Shown one piece after another: positions 56,286 to 64,000 of a DNA stretch of 64,000 bases. The notes under the pieces are model-generated. The model saw nothing but the letters and a program-made list of their open reading frames with translations, searched no databases and was not told where the DNA came from. The stretch spans positions 4,626-68,625 of IMG/VR virus record IMGVR_UViG_3300050821_002050. One strand, written 5' to 3'. Made by a program: the position numbers and the translations under genes. Within the stretch, counting starts at the first letter, position 1, and each line of letters opens with the position of its first letter. This DNA comes from a virus.

Positions 56286-57595
56286 CCCCAATGCCAGTCA
56301 ATCCGGCGTTGCAGCAGGGTAGTACTACCGTTCTCGGAAGCGAGATCGAGGAGATACTCCCCTGTGGGCTAACGCCAGCACAGAAGAAGGAATGGCAGGG
56401 CACCATGAGCTTGATGCTCTGGACGTGCCCCGGCTTCCGTCATCTGTTCTACAAGCTTCTGAACAACAACGACGGTGAATATGGCTGCGTTCCTACGCAG
56501 TCAGTGCCCGTCGCTGCCACCGATCAGAAGAACATCATGATCAACCCCGGTCCCTTCTTCCATAACTACACGATGAAGGAGCGGGTGTTCATCATGGGGC
56601 ACGAAGTGGTGCACAACATCTACAACGACGTGGACTTCCTGCGTCGCTGCGCAATCTCTGGCACGGTGCCAATGTCGGACGGTACGACGCTGCCGTTCCA
56701 CGAGAGTACCATGCAGAAGAGCATGGACTTCCGCATCAATGCGCTGTTGAGAGACAGCAACATTGGTAGCGTCCCCAAGGACGCACACATCGACGATACC
56801 ATCGCAAAAGCAAACGATGGCGTGGTCGATGTTTACAAGCGTGTCTATGAGGATGAGGAACAGGGTGGTCCCAAGACTGGCCCGCGTGGCAATCCGGGTG
56901 GCTTCGACCTGATCCTCAAACCCAGTACCTCGACGCCCAACAAGAACGCTCCCAACCCGCAGCAGTGGGCAGTGGAGATCAAGAAAGCCCAGATGCTCGA
57001 AGCCATGAAGGCACAGGGCAGAGGGAAGGGCGCATTGCTGCAGATGTTCGAGGATGTGCTGAACCCGGTAGTTCCGTGGACAGACCATATCCGAGGCATC
57101 TTCAACAAGAAGGTAGGCTCTGGATCATTCAACTGGAAGCGGCCTAATCGCCGGGCGATCCTGCAGGACATCTTCCTGCCTTCGAAGAGCGGCAACGGTG
57201 CAGGCTGGGTGGCGTGTTGGGGCGATAGCTCTGGCTCTGTCATCGCACTGGTCAACAAGTACCTGCCCGAACTGAAGGGCATCCTTGAAGACTGCCAGCC
57301 CCGTCGTCTCACGATCGTGTGGTGCGACGACGGCGTACAGCGTGTCGATGAGCTGGAAGAACCCGGCGACATCGAGATTATCAAGGGCGAGGGTGCTCCG
57401 GGTGGAGGCGGGACTAGCGTTGAGCCTGTCTTCGACTGGATCAAGCAGCAGCAAGGCGAACTACCCGAGGTGTTCATCGCGTTCACCGATGGGTATGTCG
57501 ACTTCGTTGATCCCCCGCCGATACCCAACATCATTTGGTGCATGACCACGGATGTGGTAGCTCCCTATGGTGAAACAGTGAGGATCAACACATGA
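56282..57595 (+). CDS. DUF2201-type metallopeptidase plus VWA-like protein
   Basis: VAATD, HEVVH (HExxH), WKRPNRR, DSSGS (MIDAS), GGGGT, FTDGY. Confidence 0.85.
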   Translation: MTPMPVNPALQQGSTTVLGSEIEEILPCGLTPAQKKEWQGTMSLMLWTCPGFRHLFYKLLNNNDGEYGCVPTQSVPVAATDQKNIMINPGPFFHNYTMKERVFIMGHEVVHNIYNDVDFLRRCAISGTVPMSDGTTLPFHESTMQKSMDFRINALLRDSNIGSVPKDAHIDDTIAKANDGVVDVYKRVYEDEEQGGPKTGPRGNPGGFDLILKPSTSTPNKNAPNPQQWAVEIKKAQMLEAMKAQGRGKGALLQMFEDVLNPVVPWTDHIRGIFNKKVGSGSFNWKRPNRRAILQDIFLPSKSGNGAGWVACWGDSSGSVIALVNKYLPELKGILEDCQPRRLTIVWCDDGVQRVDELEEPGDIEIIKGEGAPGGGGTSVEPVFDWIKQQQGELPEVFIAFTDGYVDFVDPPPIPNIIWCMTTDVVAPYGETVRINT

Positions 57596-57699
57596 AGAAG
57601 ACTACCAAACGTACTCTTCCGCCGCGCTCGAAGGCGCATAACCTCGCCATCAGCAAGGCGCTGCGGAAGTTCCATCGAAAGAAGAACAAGAAACGCTGA
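57592..57699 (+). CDS. Lys/Arg-rich 35-aa peptide
   Basis: ATGA coupling; MKKTTKRTLPPRSK.. Confidence 0.5.
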   Translation: MKKTTKRTLPPRSKAHNLAISKALRKFHRKKNKKR

Positions 57700-57860
57700 T
57701 TAAGTTCACGCTCCCGCAACGCTACAGAGAGCGATGCAAGTCCAATGCGGTGGACGGACTTGTTTCAAGTGAGATGCGACAGTAACGCGACACCCGGGAA
57801 GTCAGAAGCTCACGAGGCCCGGCATTTACTTACGGCAACCGTAACCGAAAGGAGCTGAAC

Positions 57861-58034
57861 ATGCCTAAACGCAAAAAGCACGCGACCGACGAACTAGCGG
57901 CGCAAATTTCCCATGCCCTTGACAGCCTCGTGGAGGATGGCGAACTCATCACGGACGGTAAAGGCAACTACCGCTTTCCCGGCAGCACCCACAACGTAAT
58001 CACCCCGCCCGATGACGAAGAGGAAAGGAGCTAA
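57861..58034 (+). CDS. 57-aa hypothetical protein (not in the ORF track)
   Basis: GAAAGGAG RBS after a palindrome; MPKRKKHATDEL..LVEDGELITDGKGNYRF. Confidence 0.65.
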   Translation: MPKRKKHATDELAAQISHALDSLVEDGELITDGKGNYRFPGSTHNVITPPDDEEERS

Positions 58035-58036
58035 CC

Positions 58037-58207
58037 GTGCCAGAACCACAATGGGAACCAAACGTAAAGTACGTGTGCAATGCCGCTATCTACGCGGCGA
58101 TCCACAACGAGCTTACTGAGAACGGACAGCAGGCTCGTGTCATCCAGATCGACGGCAACGAGATCGTCTTCGAAGTCCAACCACGAAAGGAGGTGTACCT
58201 TGGCTAG
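58037..58207 (+). CDS. 56-aa hypothetical protein (not in the ORF track)
   Basis: AAGGAG RBS and GTG start. Confidence 0.55.
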   Translation: MPEPQWEPNVKYVCNAAIYAAIHNELTENGQQARVIQIDGNEIVFEVQPRKEVYLG

Positions 58208-58913
58208 AGGCGGAGAATGGAGCGGATGCCCATTGGGCAACAGTGAGATGGAGAGCGCGATCAGCTTCATCCACCAGAAGCAGAAGACCGCAGTAACCTT
58301 ACTCACCGAATATAAGTTCAGTCGGTATAAGACCATCGAGATGCTCTTCTCGCCGGATACGATCGCGAAAGCGACCGCTGCGAACGGCATCGTCAAACCG
58401 GACTACATGAGCAAGAACTACGAGCTGAACGGCGTCTGTCAGTTCATGGGCAACCTCGGCATCTCCTACATGGGCTGCAAGTGCCTGCCCATCAGAGCAC
58501 ACAAGCTGGAGCTACAGCAGAACGTCACTCCGCTCCTCCTATACCTCAAGGAGGTCGAGAAAGTTTACCTGCAATATGAAGAGGTTAAGGGTGTCCTGCG
58601 CTGGCTTAATAAAAACGCAACCATTGGCGGGATACGGTACTACTGGCCGTCGATCATGAAAGTTGCCCCCAAGGACAGCGTCTTCGCCAACATGGAAACC
58701 GCCCCCAAGCGTTTCGACACACCGTCAATGCTGCACGAGTGGATGACTGCGCTTCGCAATAGTGCAGTCACTGTCGCGAGCATGACACTGCAGCCCTCCG
58801 ACGCTGAGCCCAGACCATTCACCGAGATGTCGGTTAGCTGCTACAAAAGAAAAGTAGTTGTGAGTGCTTCACAACTACACTATGAAACAGACAGCATGTC
58901 CTTCAACGTGTGA
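58200..58913 (+). CDS. Hypothetical protein
   Basis: GGAGGT RBS before TTG at 58200, in frame with the 58080 ORF. Confidence 0.65.
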   Translation: MARGGEWSGCPLGNSEMESAISFIHQKQKTAVTLLTEYKFSRYKTIEMLFSPDTIAKATAANGIVKPDYMSKNYELNGVCQFMGNLGISYMGCKCLPIRAHKLELQQNVTPLLLYLKEVEKVYLQYEEVKGVLRWLNKNATIGGIRYYWPSIMKVAPKDSVFANMETAPKRFDTPSMLHEWMTALRNSAVTVASMTLQPSDAEPRPFTEMSVSCYKRKVVVSASQLHYETDSMSFNV

Positions 58914-58917
58914 GCCA

Positions 58918-60873
58918 ATGACTTTACTGCCACCATCTCAGAACCTGTTGATCTTCGACTGCGAGACGTACTTCGACAAGGAGTACTCTCTCAGCAAGAT
59001 GCCAACTCCAAACTACATTTTGGACGACAAGTTCGAACTACAGATGGTGGCAGTGAAGCTCAACAATACCCCACACCAGATCATCCCCGGTCCAGACTTC
59101 CCAGCCTACCTCGCCAACATCGACCCCAAAGTTACGACCACCGTAAGTTTCAACTCCCCCTTCGATAATTCGATCTTGTTCTGGCGCTACAATTGGCTGC
59201 CTCACCGAATGGTCGACGCGATGGGAATGGCCAGAGCCCTCTGGCAACACGACCTCCCCGATCTTCGCCTCTCTTCCGTCGCCCAATATCTAGGGCTCCC
59301 CCCCAAGGGCAACGCCTTGGTGGCAGTCATGGGCATGAGGTACGACGAAATCCGCGCTGGCGGCCTCTGGGACACGTTCTCACAGTACGCTCTTCAGGAC
59401 AATTTCATCTGTGAGCAGGTATTCCTGCGCGCCTTGCAGTACAGCAAATTCCCCAAGTCCGAACTAGAGCTGATGGACATGGTCCTGCGGACCACCATCG
59501 AGCCGAGCTTCAAATGCAATTTCGATATGCTAGAGCAGCACCATCAAGATGTGGTAGCTGCGAAGCAGAAGCTCTTGGAAGACGCGAACATGGTCGATCG
59601 CAAGATCATCATGAGCACGAACAAGTTCAAAGAGTTCCTAGAGAGCAAGGGCGTCGAAGTGGCAATGAAGGTCTCGCCGACGACCGGCAATGAGACACCT
59701 GCCTTTGCTAGGACGGACGCCTTCATGGATGAGCTGCAGGACCACCCCGATCCCGAGGTGAGTGCTGCAGCGTGCGCGCGCCTTGCGTTCAAGAGCACGC
59801 TCGAAGAGACGCGCACGGCCAAGTTTATGTCGATTGCGAAATTGAACTGGCCCGCGTGGGTCAAGGGCAACATCCCCATGCCCCTGCGCTATGGCGCGGC
59901 CCATACCCATCGCCTTGGCGGCGACTGGAAGATGAATTGCCAGAACATGCCGACGGTGCGCGGCTCCAAGGGCAAGAGCAAGCTTCGTCTCAGCCTTGAG
60001 GTAGAGCCTGACGAGATGGTGATAACGTGCGACTTGAGCCAGATCGAGGCGCGTCTCGCTGCGTGGTTCTGTGGCTGTACGACGCTGGTCAACGAGTTCG
60101 CACAGAACAAGGACCCCTATTCGCAGCTTGCAACGGACATCTTCGGCTATCCGGTGAACCGCAAGCTGAAGGATGCTGCAGGCAAGGTGATCTTCGAGAT
60201 CGAGGGCTTCATTGGCAAGACGGGCATCTTGGGTCTAGGTTACGGTGCCGGTAAGGACAAATTTGACAGTATGGTTATCGCCAGTGCCCGCACCATGAAG
60301 CTCGACATCTCAGGGAAATATTCCCGGGCAATCGGTGATAAGGCAGTGGAGACCTACAGACGGAGGTACTCGCAGATACCCCAGATGTGGTCCGTACTGA
60401 ATGGATACATCGCTACCTATTGGTTGTCGGGGTCTGCCAGTGTCCGTGTGGGACCGGTGGAGATCAGCTATGGCTGCGTCAAGCTGCCGAACGGGCTGGC
60501 TTTGAACTACGCACAGCCCCGATCACAGACCAATGCAGAGACTGGCCGCACCGAATACATCTATCGGTACGGCAAGGAGTGGCATCGTCTCTACGGAGCG
60601 AAGCTACTGGAAAACATCATCCAAGCGCTCGCGCGTATCGTGGTGATGAATGCAGCGTTGCGTATTCGTGCACGAACAAGAAAAGAGCTTGGCGTTGAGT
60701 TCAAGTTCAAACTGCAAGCGCATGACGAGCTTGTATACATAGTGCCGCACAACTTGGTTGACGCGGTGAAAAAGATCGTGCATGAAGAAATGAAACGCCC
60801 GCCGTCATGGGCACCGACTGCGCCGATCGACGCGGAGTTGGGTCAGGGCAAATCCTACGGAGAAGCAAAGTGA
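58918..60873 (+). CDS. polA: DNA polymerase family A with 3'-5' exonuclease domain
   Basis: Exonuclease motifs FDCET, FNSPFD, YALQD; motif A DLSQIEAR; motif B KTGILGLGYG; motif C AHDEL. Confidence 0.92.
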   Translation: MTLLPPSQNLLIFDCETYFDKEYSLSKMPTPNYILDDKFELQMVAVKLNNTPHQIIPGPDFPAYLANIDPKVTTTVSFNSPFDNSILFWRYNWLPHRMVDAMGMARALWQHDLPDLRLSSVAQYLGLPPKGNALVAVMGMRYDEIRAGGLWDTFSQYALQDNFICEQVFLRALQYSKFPKSELELMDMVLRTTIEPSFKCNFDMLEQHHQDVVAAKQKLLEDANMVDRKIIMSTNKFKEFLESKGVEVAMKVSPTTGNETPAFARTDAFMDELQDHPDPEVSAAACARLAFKSTLEETRTAKFMSIAKLNWPAWVKGNIPMPLRYGAAHTHRLGGDWKMNCQNMPTVRGSKGKSKLRLSLEVEPDEMVITCDLSQIEARLAAWFCGCTTLVNEFAQNKDPYSQLATDIFGYPVNRKLKDAAGKVIFEIEGFIGKTGILGLGYGAGKDKFDSMVIASARTMKLDISGKYSRAIGDKAVETYRRRYSQIPQMWSVLNGYIATYWLSGSASVRVGPVEISYGCVKLPNGLALNYAQPRSQTNAETGRTEYIYRYGKEWHRLYGAKLLENIIQALARIVVMNAALRIRARTRKELGVEFKFKLQAHDELVYIVPHNLVDAVKKIVHEEMKRPPSWAPTAPIDAELGQGKSYGEAK

Positions 60874-61331
60874 TCAGACCCACAACCTTCTACTTAGCGG
60901 GCCCAATGTCGGGCATACCACAATTCAATTTCCCATTGTTCAACGCTGTTGCCCGCATCTTGCGTGACCACGGCCACACTGTTTTTAACCCCGCCGCAAA
61001 AGACATTGAACGTCACGGCGGGGTTGATATTTCTGCAGGCAATGACAACGGCGACGTTGCGAAGTCCGCAACCGAGCACGGCTTCTCACTACGAGAGGCA
61101 CTGGGCGACGACACCCACTTCATCTCACTTAAGGCTAGTGGGATTGTCCTCCTGCCCGGCTGGGAGTTTAGCAACGGCACGATGGCCGAGTGGTTCTTGG
61201 CCCGCGCTATCGCTAAGGACCCGAACAATAAGGTGCCGTTCCGGTTCGTCTATGTGCAGCGGTTTGACGACACTGTCATCATTCCCGGCATCGCCACTTT
61301 CACGTTAGAGCCTGCAGTGGCTGCAGCGTGA
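60870..61331 (+). CDS. DUF4406 / nucleoside 2-deoxyribosyltransferase-like protein
   Basis: GTGA coupling; YLAGPMSGIPQFNFPLF, VFNPA, LLPGWEFSNGTMAE. Confidence 0.8.
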   Translation: MIRPTTFYLAGPMSGIPQFNFPLFNAVARILRDHGHTVFNPAAKDIERHGGVDISAGNDNGDVAKSATEHGFSLREALGDDTHFISLKASGIVLLPGWEFSNGTMAEWFLARAIAKDPNNKVPFRFVYVQRFDDTVIIPGIATFTLEPAVAAA

Positions 61332-61365
61332 GCGTGGCACTCCCCTACCTAGTATTCGGGATCAT

Positions 61366-61896
61366 TTGTATCGGCCTCGCACTGTGGCTGAGCAAATGAT
61401 CCTCCCCCTTCACCTACAACACAAAACAAGGATGTTTTCCATGGAGCGACGAGTACCACGAGTGGTTCACGACGGAGACCCACACGGATTTGATGAGACC
61501 CATAGCCCCGCGCGCGTTCTCGAAATTGTGCCGCCCGACACGCGCCGGATGACGGAGCGGATGACCTCTGCCGAGCGCAAGGAATACCCAATCACGGAAG
61601 GCATGCTGGACTATTTCCCCGACGCTTGCGCCTACGTGGCGCATGTTTCGTTTCTGGGCAACGCCAAGCATAACCCCGGCGAGAAGATGCACCATGCCCG
61701 AAGCAAATCGACCGATGCTGCCGACTGTGTGGGCCGGCATCTGGCCGAACGCGGTGGTTACGACGTTGTCGTGATCGACGGCGTGGAGCGCCGGATCAGA
61801 CATACTGGAGCGCTGGCGTGGCGTGCCTTGGAGCTTCTGCAGAAGGAACTGGAGCAGGACCTTGGGCTCCCGCTTCCCCGAGGCGCGCGAAAGTAA
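61366..61896 (+). CDS. dATP/dGTP diphosphohydrolase-like protein (DUF5664 type); start uncertain
   Basis: GMLDYFPDA..VAHVS..GNAKHNPG..RSKSTD..C..RHL..AWRAL..LQ. Confidence 0.7.
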   Translation: MYRPRTVAEQMILPLHLQHKTRMFSMERRVPRVVHDGDPHGFDETHSPARVLEIVPPDTRRMTERMTSAERKEYPITEGMLDYFPDACAYVAHVSFLGNAKHNPGEKMHHARSKSTDAADCVGRHLAERGGYDVVVIDGVERRIRHTGALAWRALELLQKELEQDLGLPLPRGARK

Positions 61897-61908
61897 CGGT
61901 GGCCGTAA

Positions 61909-62325
61909 GTGAACACCCGCAATGACGAGATGCGTCGCGGTCGAGAGACGCTGGAGAAGAACCGCCGAGCGAGCGACCTAGAACGGTTGAACGCCTGTGG
62001 AAAAGTAGCGATCAGGCTGGAGAACTTGCCCGGGGGACCGTCGATCTCTGGCTATCTCGCGACCTTCGTGGTGGATGGAGTGGACGTATGCCAAGAGCGG
62101 ACGCAAGACCCGGCCTACCCAAGCGATCGGGTTATGGCCTTCGTGAACTTAGCGATCGCTGCCACGAGTGGTTTCGCCGACGTGCCGCCCCCAACCCCCA
62201 CCCACAAGGTGAGTGCCAAAGCCTACAACAAACGCCTCCAAGAGCAAAACCAACATCGCTGGAACACGAACGACAGTTGGAACGCCTCGCGAAACTTGAA
62301 GCCCAACACAGGAAACGGCAACTAG
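61909..62325 (+). CDS. Hypothetical protein (FPS-motif family)
   Basis: GTG start abuts a near-palindrome; YPSDRVMAFVNL. Confidence 0.65.
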   Translation: MNTRNDEMRRGRETLEKNRRASDLERLNACGKVAIRLENLPGGPSISGYLATFVVDGVDVCQERTQDPAYPSDRVMAFVNLAIAATSGFADVPPPTPTHKVSAKAYNKRLQEQNQHRWNTNDSWNASRNLKPNTGNGN

Positions 62326-62327
62326 TC

Positions 62328-62774
62328 ATGGCTGTGGCGCAACACCCGTTGACCGAACAACAGAACCACATGTTGCTGGAAGCCTTCAACCAGCAGCGAC
62401 GTATTGGGCTTCTCAGCCAGTGGGTAGAGCTGGGCTATGTCGTTGTGGAGGAAGTCGCCAAACTCAACGACTACCGCATCGTCTGTGCCGGTGTGGTGTT
62501 CCGAGAGCCGAAACGGAAATTCCCTTCTGAAGAGTTGATTGCCAAGCTTGGCCTCGCAGTCAACTCAGGAGCGGTCTCGGACGAAGAGCGCAAATACAAT
62601 CGCATGCTCACACGGCGCATGGCGGAGCACACCATCGACGATCTGTGTCGGATCAAAGAAGACGTTTATCATCAAATTGCAGAGGCTACCCGCCAGATCA
62701 ATTTAACGACGGCACTACCTCCCTACATACTCGAAAGCGAAAGGATCAAAGATGACGAAGAGCCCAATGGATAA
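62328..62774 (+). CDS. Hypothetical protein (FPS-motif family)
   Basis: ATG at 62328; FPSEELIAKLGL. Confidence 0.65.
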   Translation: MAVAQHPLTEQQNHMLLEAFNQQRRIGLLSQWVELGYVVVEEVAKLNDYRIVCAGVVFREPKRKFPSEELIAKLGLAVNSGAVSDEERKYNRMLTRRMAEHTIDDLCRIKEDVYHQIAEATRQINLTTALPPYILESERIKDDEEPNG

Positions 62775-63318
62775 GATGACATTCCCCGGCATCAATCACG
62801 GTGTCGGCGCGCAGGGTGCGCAGCAATCGAAGCCTGACCCGAGGGACCCGAGGAATTGGCCGGCCATTCCCCCTCAACATCATCCGAGTGTGAACCCCGG
62901 CCCGCCGTACACCTATTTGAACGTGAGCGACATCGAGCGACTGGCGAAGGCTGGCGTGCAGATCAACGTTGGGACGGTTGTCCCGCAGCAGGACCAGTTT
63001 AACGTCCTGTCCCGAGGTAACGATGACCGCAACGTGACTGAGTTGGACAGTCTGACCACCATCGGTAACACTTTATCAAAGGCGATTTGGTATCGGTGGC
63101 TCCGAGCGCGCCGTGCACTCAGGGACCCCGATTTCGGCGACATGCTGCAGATACGCCCTTTCTCGCTGATGGCGAACCAGTACGGTGACACGGTGCATGT
63201 GTCGGTCCATCCGACCAACGAAAATCGACCACCATTCGAACTAACCGACGATGCGATCATCTTCCCGAGCGATGCTCTGATGGCGAAGATCGCGCTATGG
63301 GAAAAGGACAATCCGTGA
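62752..63318 (+). CDS. Hypothetical protein (FPS-motif family)
   Basis: FPSDALMAKIAL; start may be 62767. Confidence 0.65.
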   Translation: MTKSPMDKMTFPGINHGVGAQGAQQSKPDPRDPRNWPAIPPQHHPSVNPGPPYTYLNVSDIERLAKAGVQINVGTVVPQQDQFNVLSRGNDDRNVTELDSLTTIGNTLSKAIWYRWLRARRALRDPDFGDMLQIRPFSLMANQYGDTVHVSVHPTNENRPPFELTDDAIIFPSDALMAKIALWEKDNP

Positions 63319-63491
63319 AGAAGCCCAAGAAACCGGTGCGGCGGCGACCTGTGATGACGTTTATAAGACGGCAACAGATACTCGCGTTCTATGTCCTCTG
63401 CCGCGACGGGGCTTACATTGGTCGCGAGGACGAACGGGATGCCGTGCAAGAGATGCTCTTCGCGGCCAGCAAGGCAGGGGTAATCAAATGA
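63315..63491 (+). CDS. Small basic hypothetical protein
   Basis: GTGA coupling after an AAGGA RBS. Confidence 0.5.
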   Translation: MKKPKKPVRRRPVMTFIRRQQILAFYVLCRDGAYIGREDERDAVQEMLFAASKAGVIK

Positions 63492-64000
63492 AGATCGCGG
63501 GGCTGGGCAGTACGAGCTTGTCGACGAAGGTGTGGAGTTGGTCTTACTCGAAGTTGAAAAACTACGAGAGTTGTCCGCGTAAGCACTACGAGATCGACAT
63601 CGCCAAGACGGCAGCGGAGACGCAGAGCACCGACCCGAACTCACCGCTGGTGTGGGGTAACCGTGTGCATGACGCGCTCAAAAACGCACTTACGGCAGCC
63701 GTAAGCCCGCTCCCGGATGAATTTGCCGCTTTTCAGCATTGGGTTGACAGAGTGCTGGCCCGTCCGGGCGAACTGCTGGTGGAGCAGAAGTACGCGATCA
63801 ACGAGCAGTTTGAGCCACGCGCATGGTTTGACAAGGACGTGTGGTGCCGAATGATCGGCGACGTAGTGAAGATCGACACGCCTTTCATCAATAAGAAGGA
63901 CGGTAAGCGTTGTCAGCTCGCGCTGGTTCTGGACTGGAAGACCGGCAAGGTGATCGACGACCAAATCCAACTGATGCTGATGGCGCAGGCGCTGTTTTCG
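63488..64000 (+). CDS. PD-(D/E)XK (RecB/Cas4-like) exonuclease, 3' truncated; not in the ORF track
   Basis: Hand translation WSYSKLKNYESCPRKHY..GNRVHDAL..VEQKY..IGDVV..LDWKTGK..QLMLMA. Confidence 0.85.
   Translation, partial: MKIAGLGSTSLSTKVWSWSYSKLKNYESCPRKHYEIDIAKTAAETQSTDPNSPLVWGNRVHDALKNALTAAVSPLPDEFAAFQHWVDRVLARPGELLVEQKYAINEQFEPRAWFDKDVWCRMIGDVVKIDTPFINKKDGKRCQLALVLDWKTGKVIDDQIQLMLMAQALFS

Larger units (their letters stand above)
1949..63704. repeat. Dispersed palindrome TTACGG-NNN-CCGTAA (19-bp consensus RSTTACGGNNNCCGTAASY)
   Basis: Perfect 15-mers start at 2899, 4290, 6636, 12147, 17566, 24509, 26438, 32389, 37989, 43825, 49168, 50866, 55956, 57830 and 63690. One-mismatch copies start at 1949, 53725, 59132 and 61894. 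Confidence 0.95.
1..64000. mobile_element. Tailed dsDNA bacteriophage genome, near complete, probably podovirus-like with an alphaproteobacterial host
   Basis: TerL, portal, capsid, tail, lysis and replication genes in two divergent arms with no host housekeeping genes. Both window ends fall inside the replication module. Confidence 0.95.

Noticed and set aside
60240-60254. One-mismatch palindrome TTACGG-TGC-CGGTAA in polA
   Set aside because: It coincides with the conserved GYGAGK of motif B in a different frame, so protein constraint can explain it. It was not counted.
60870-61896. Z-genome or 7-deazaguanine modification pathway
   Set aside because: No purZ, dpdA, folE or queCDE-like genes were recognised; a DUF5664-like gene alone is not enough.
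1949-63704. Palindromes as a CRISPR array, REP elements or MITEs
   Set aside because: The copies are single and kilobases apart, with no spacers, target duplications or shared flanks, and no cas or transposase genes are present.
63488-64000. Cas4 as part of a CRISPR system
   Set aside because: It is an ordinary phage PD-(D/E)XK exonuclease in a replication module.

Overview
Nearly complete genome of a GC-rich, tailed dsDNA phage. It is probably podovirus-like: tail tubular and ejection-type proteins are present, and I saw no tape measure or tail tube. The host is most likely an alphaproteobacterium. There are two divergent arms around a non-coding control region at about 47.55-48.25 kb. The + arm (48.25 kb to the end, continuing at 1-6.6 kb) holds small early genes, a MoxR-like AAA ATPase with a DUF2201 metallopeptidase/VWA partner, family A DNA polymerase, DUF4406 and DUF5664-like nucleotide enzymes, a PD-(D/E)XK nuclease, an SNF2 helicase, an SSB-like protein and a primase-DUF927 helicase. 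The - arm (47.5 to 6.6 kb) holds a CtrA-like winged-helix protein, terminase, portal, a collagen plus glycosyltransferase/methyltransferase cassette, scaffold, capsid, tail and fibre genes, a GH108 lysis module, ejection proteins and an HslV-like protease. The main unexplained signals are: (1) a palindrome TTACGG-NNN-CCGTAA in 15 perfect and about 4 near-perfect copies across the genome, often inside genes and mostly spaced 5.3-6 kb apart in the late arm; (2) five perfect intergenic CtrA boxes (TTAA-N7-TTAA) plus a receiver-less CtrA-like protein, with the palindrome sharing the 4-7-4 geometry (TTAC-N7-GTAA); (3) a probable virion collagen O-glycosylation cassette; (4) apparent GANTC avoidance. 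I found no integrase, classical repressor, tRNA or CRISPR array. All product calls come from motif recognition by eye; no database search was run.
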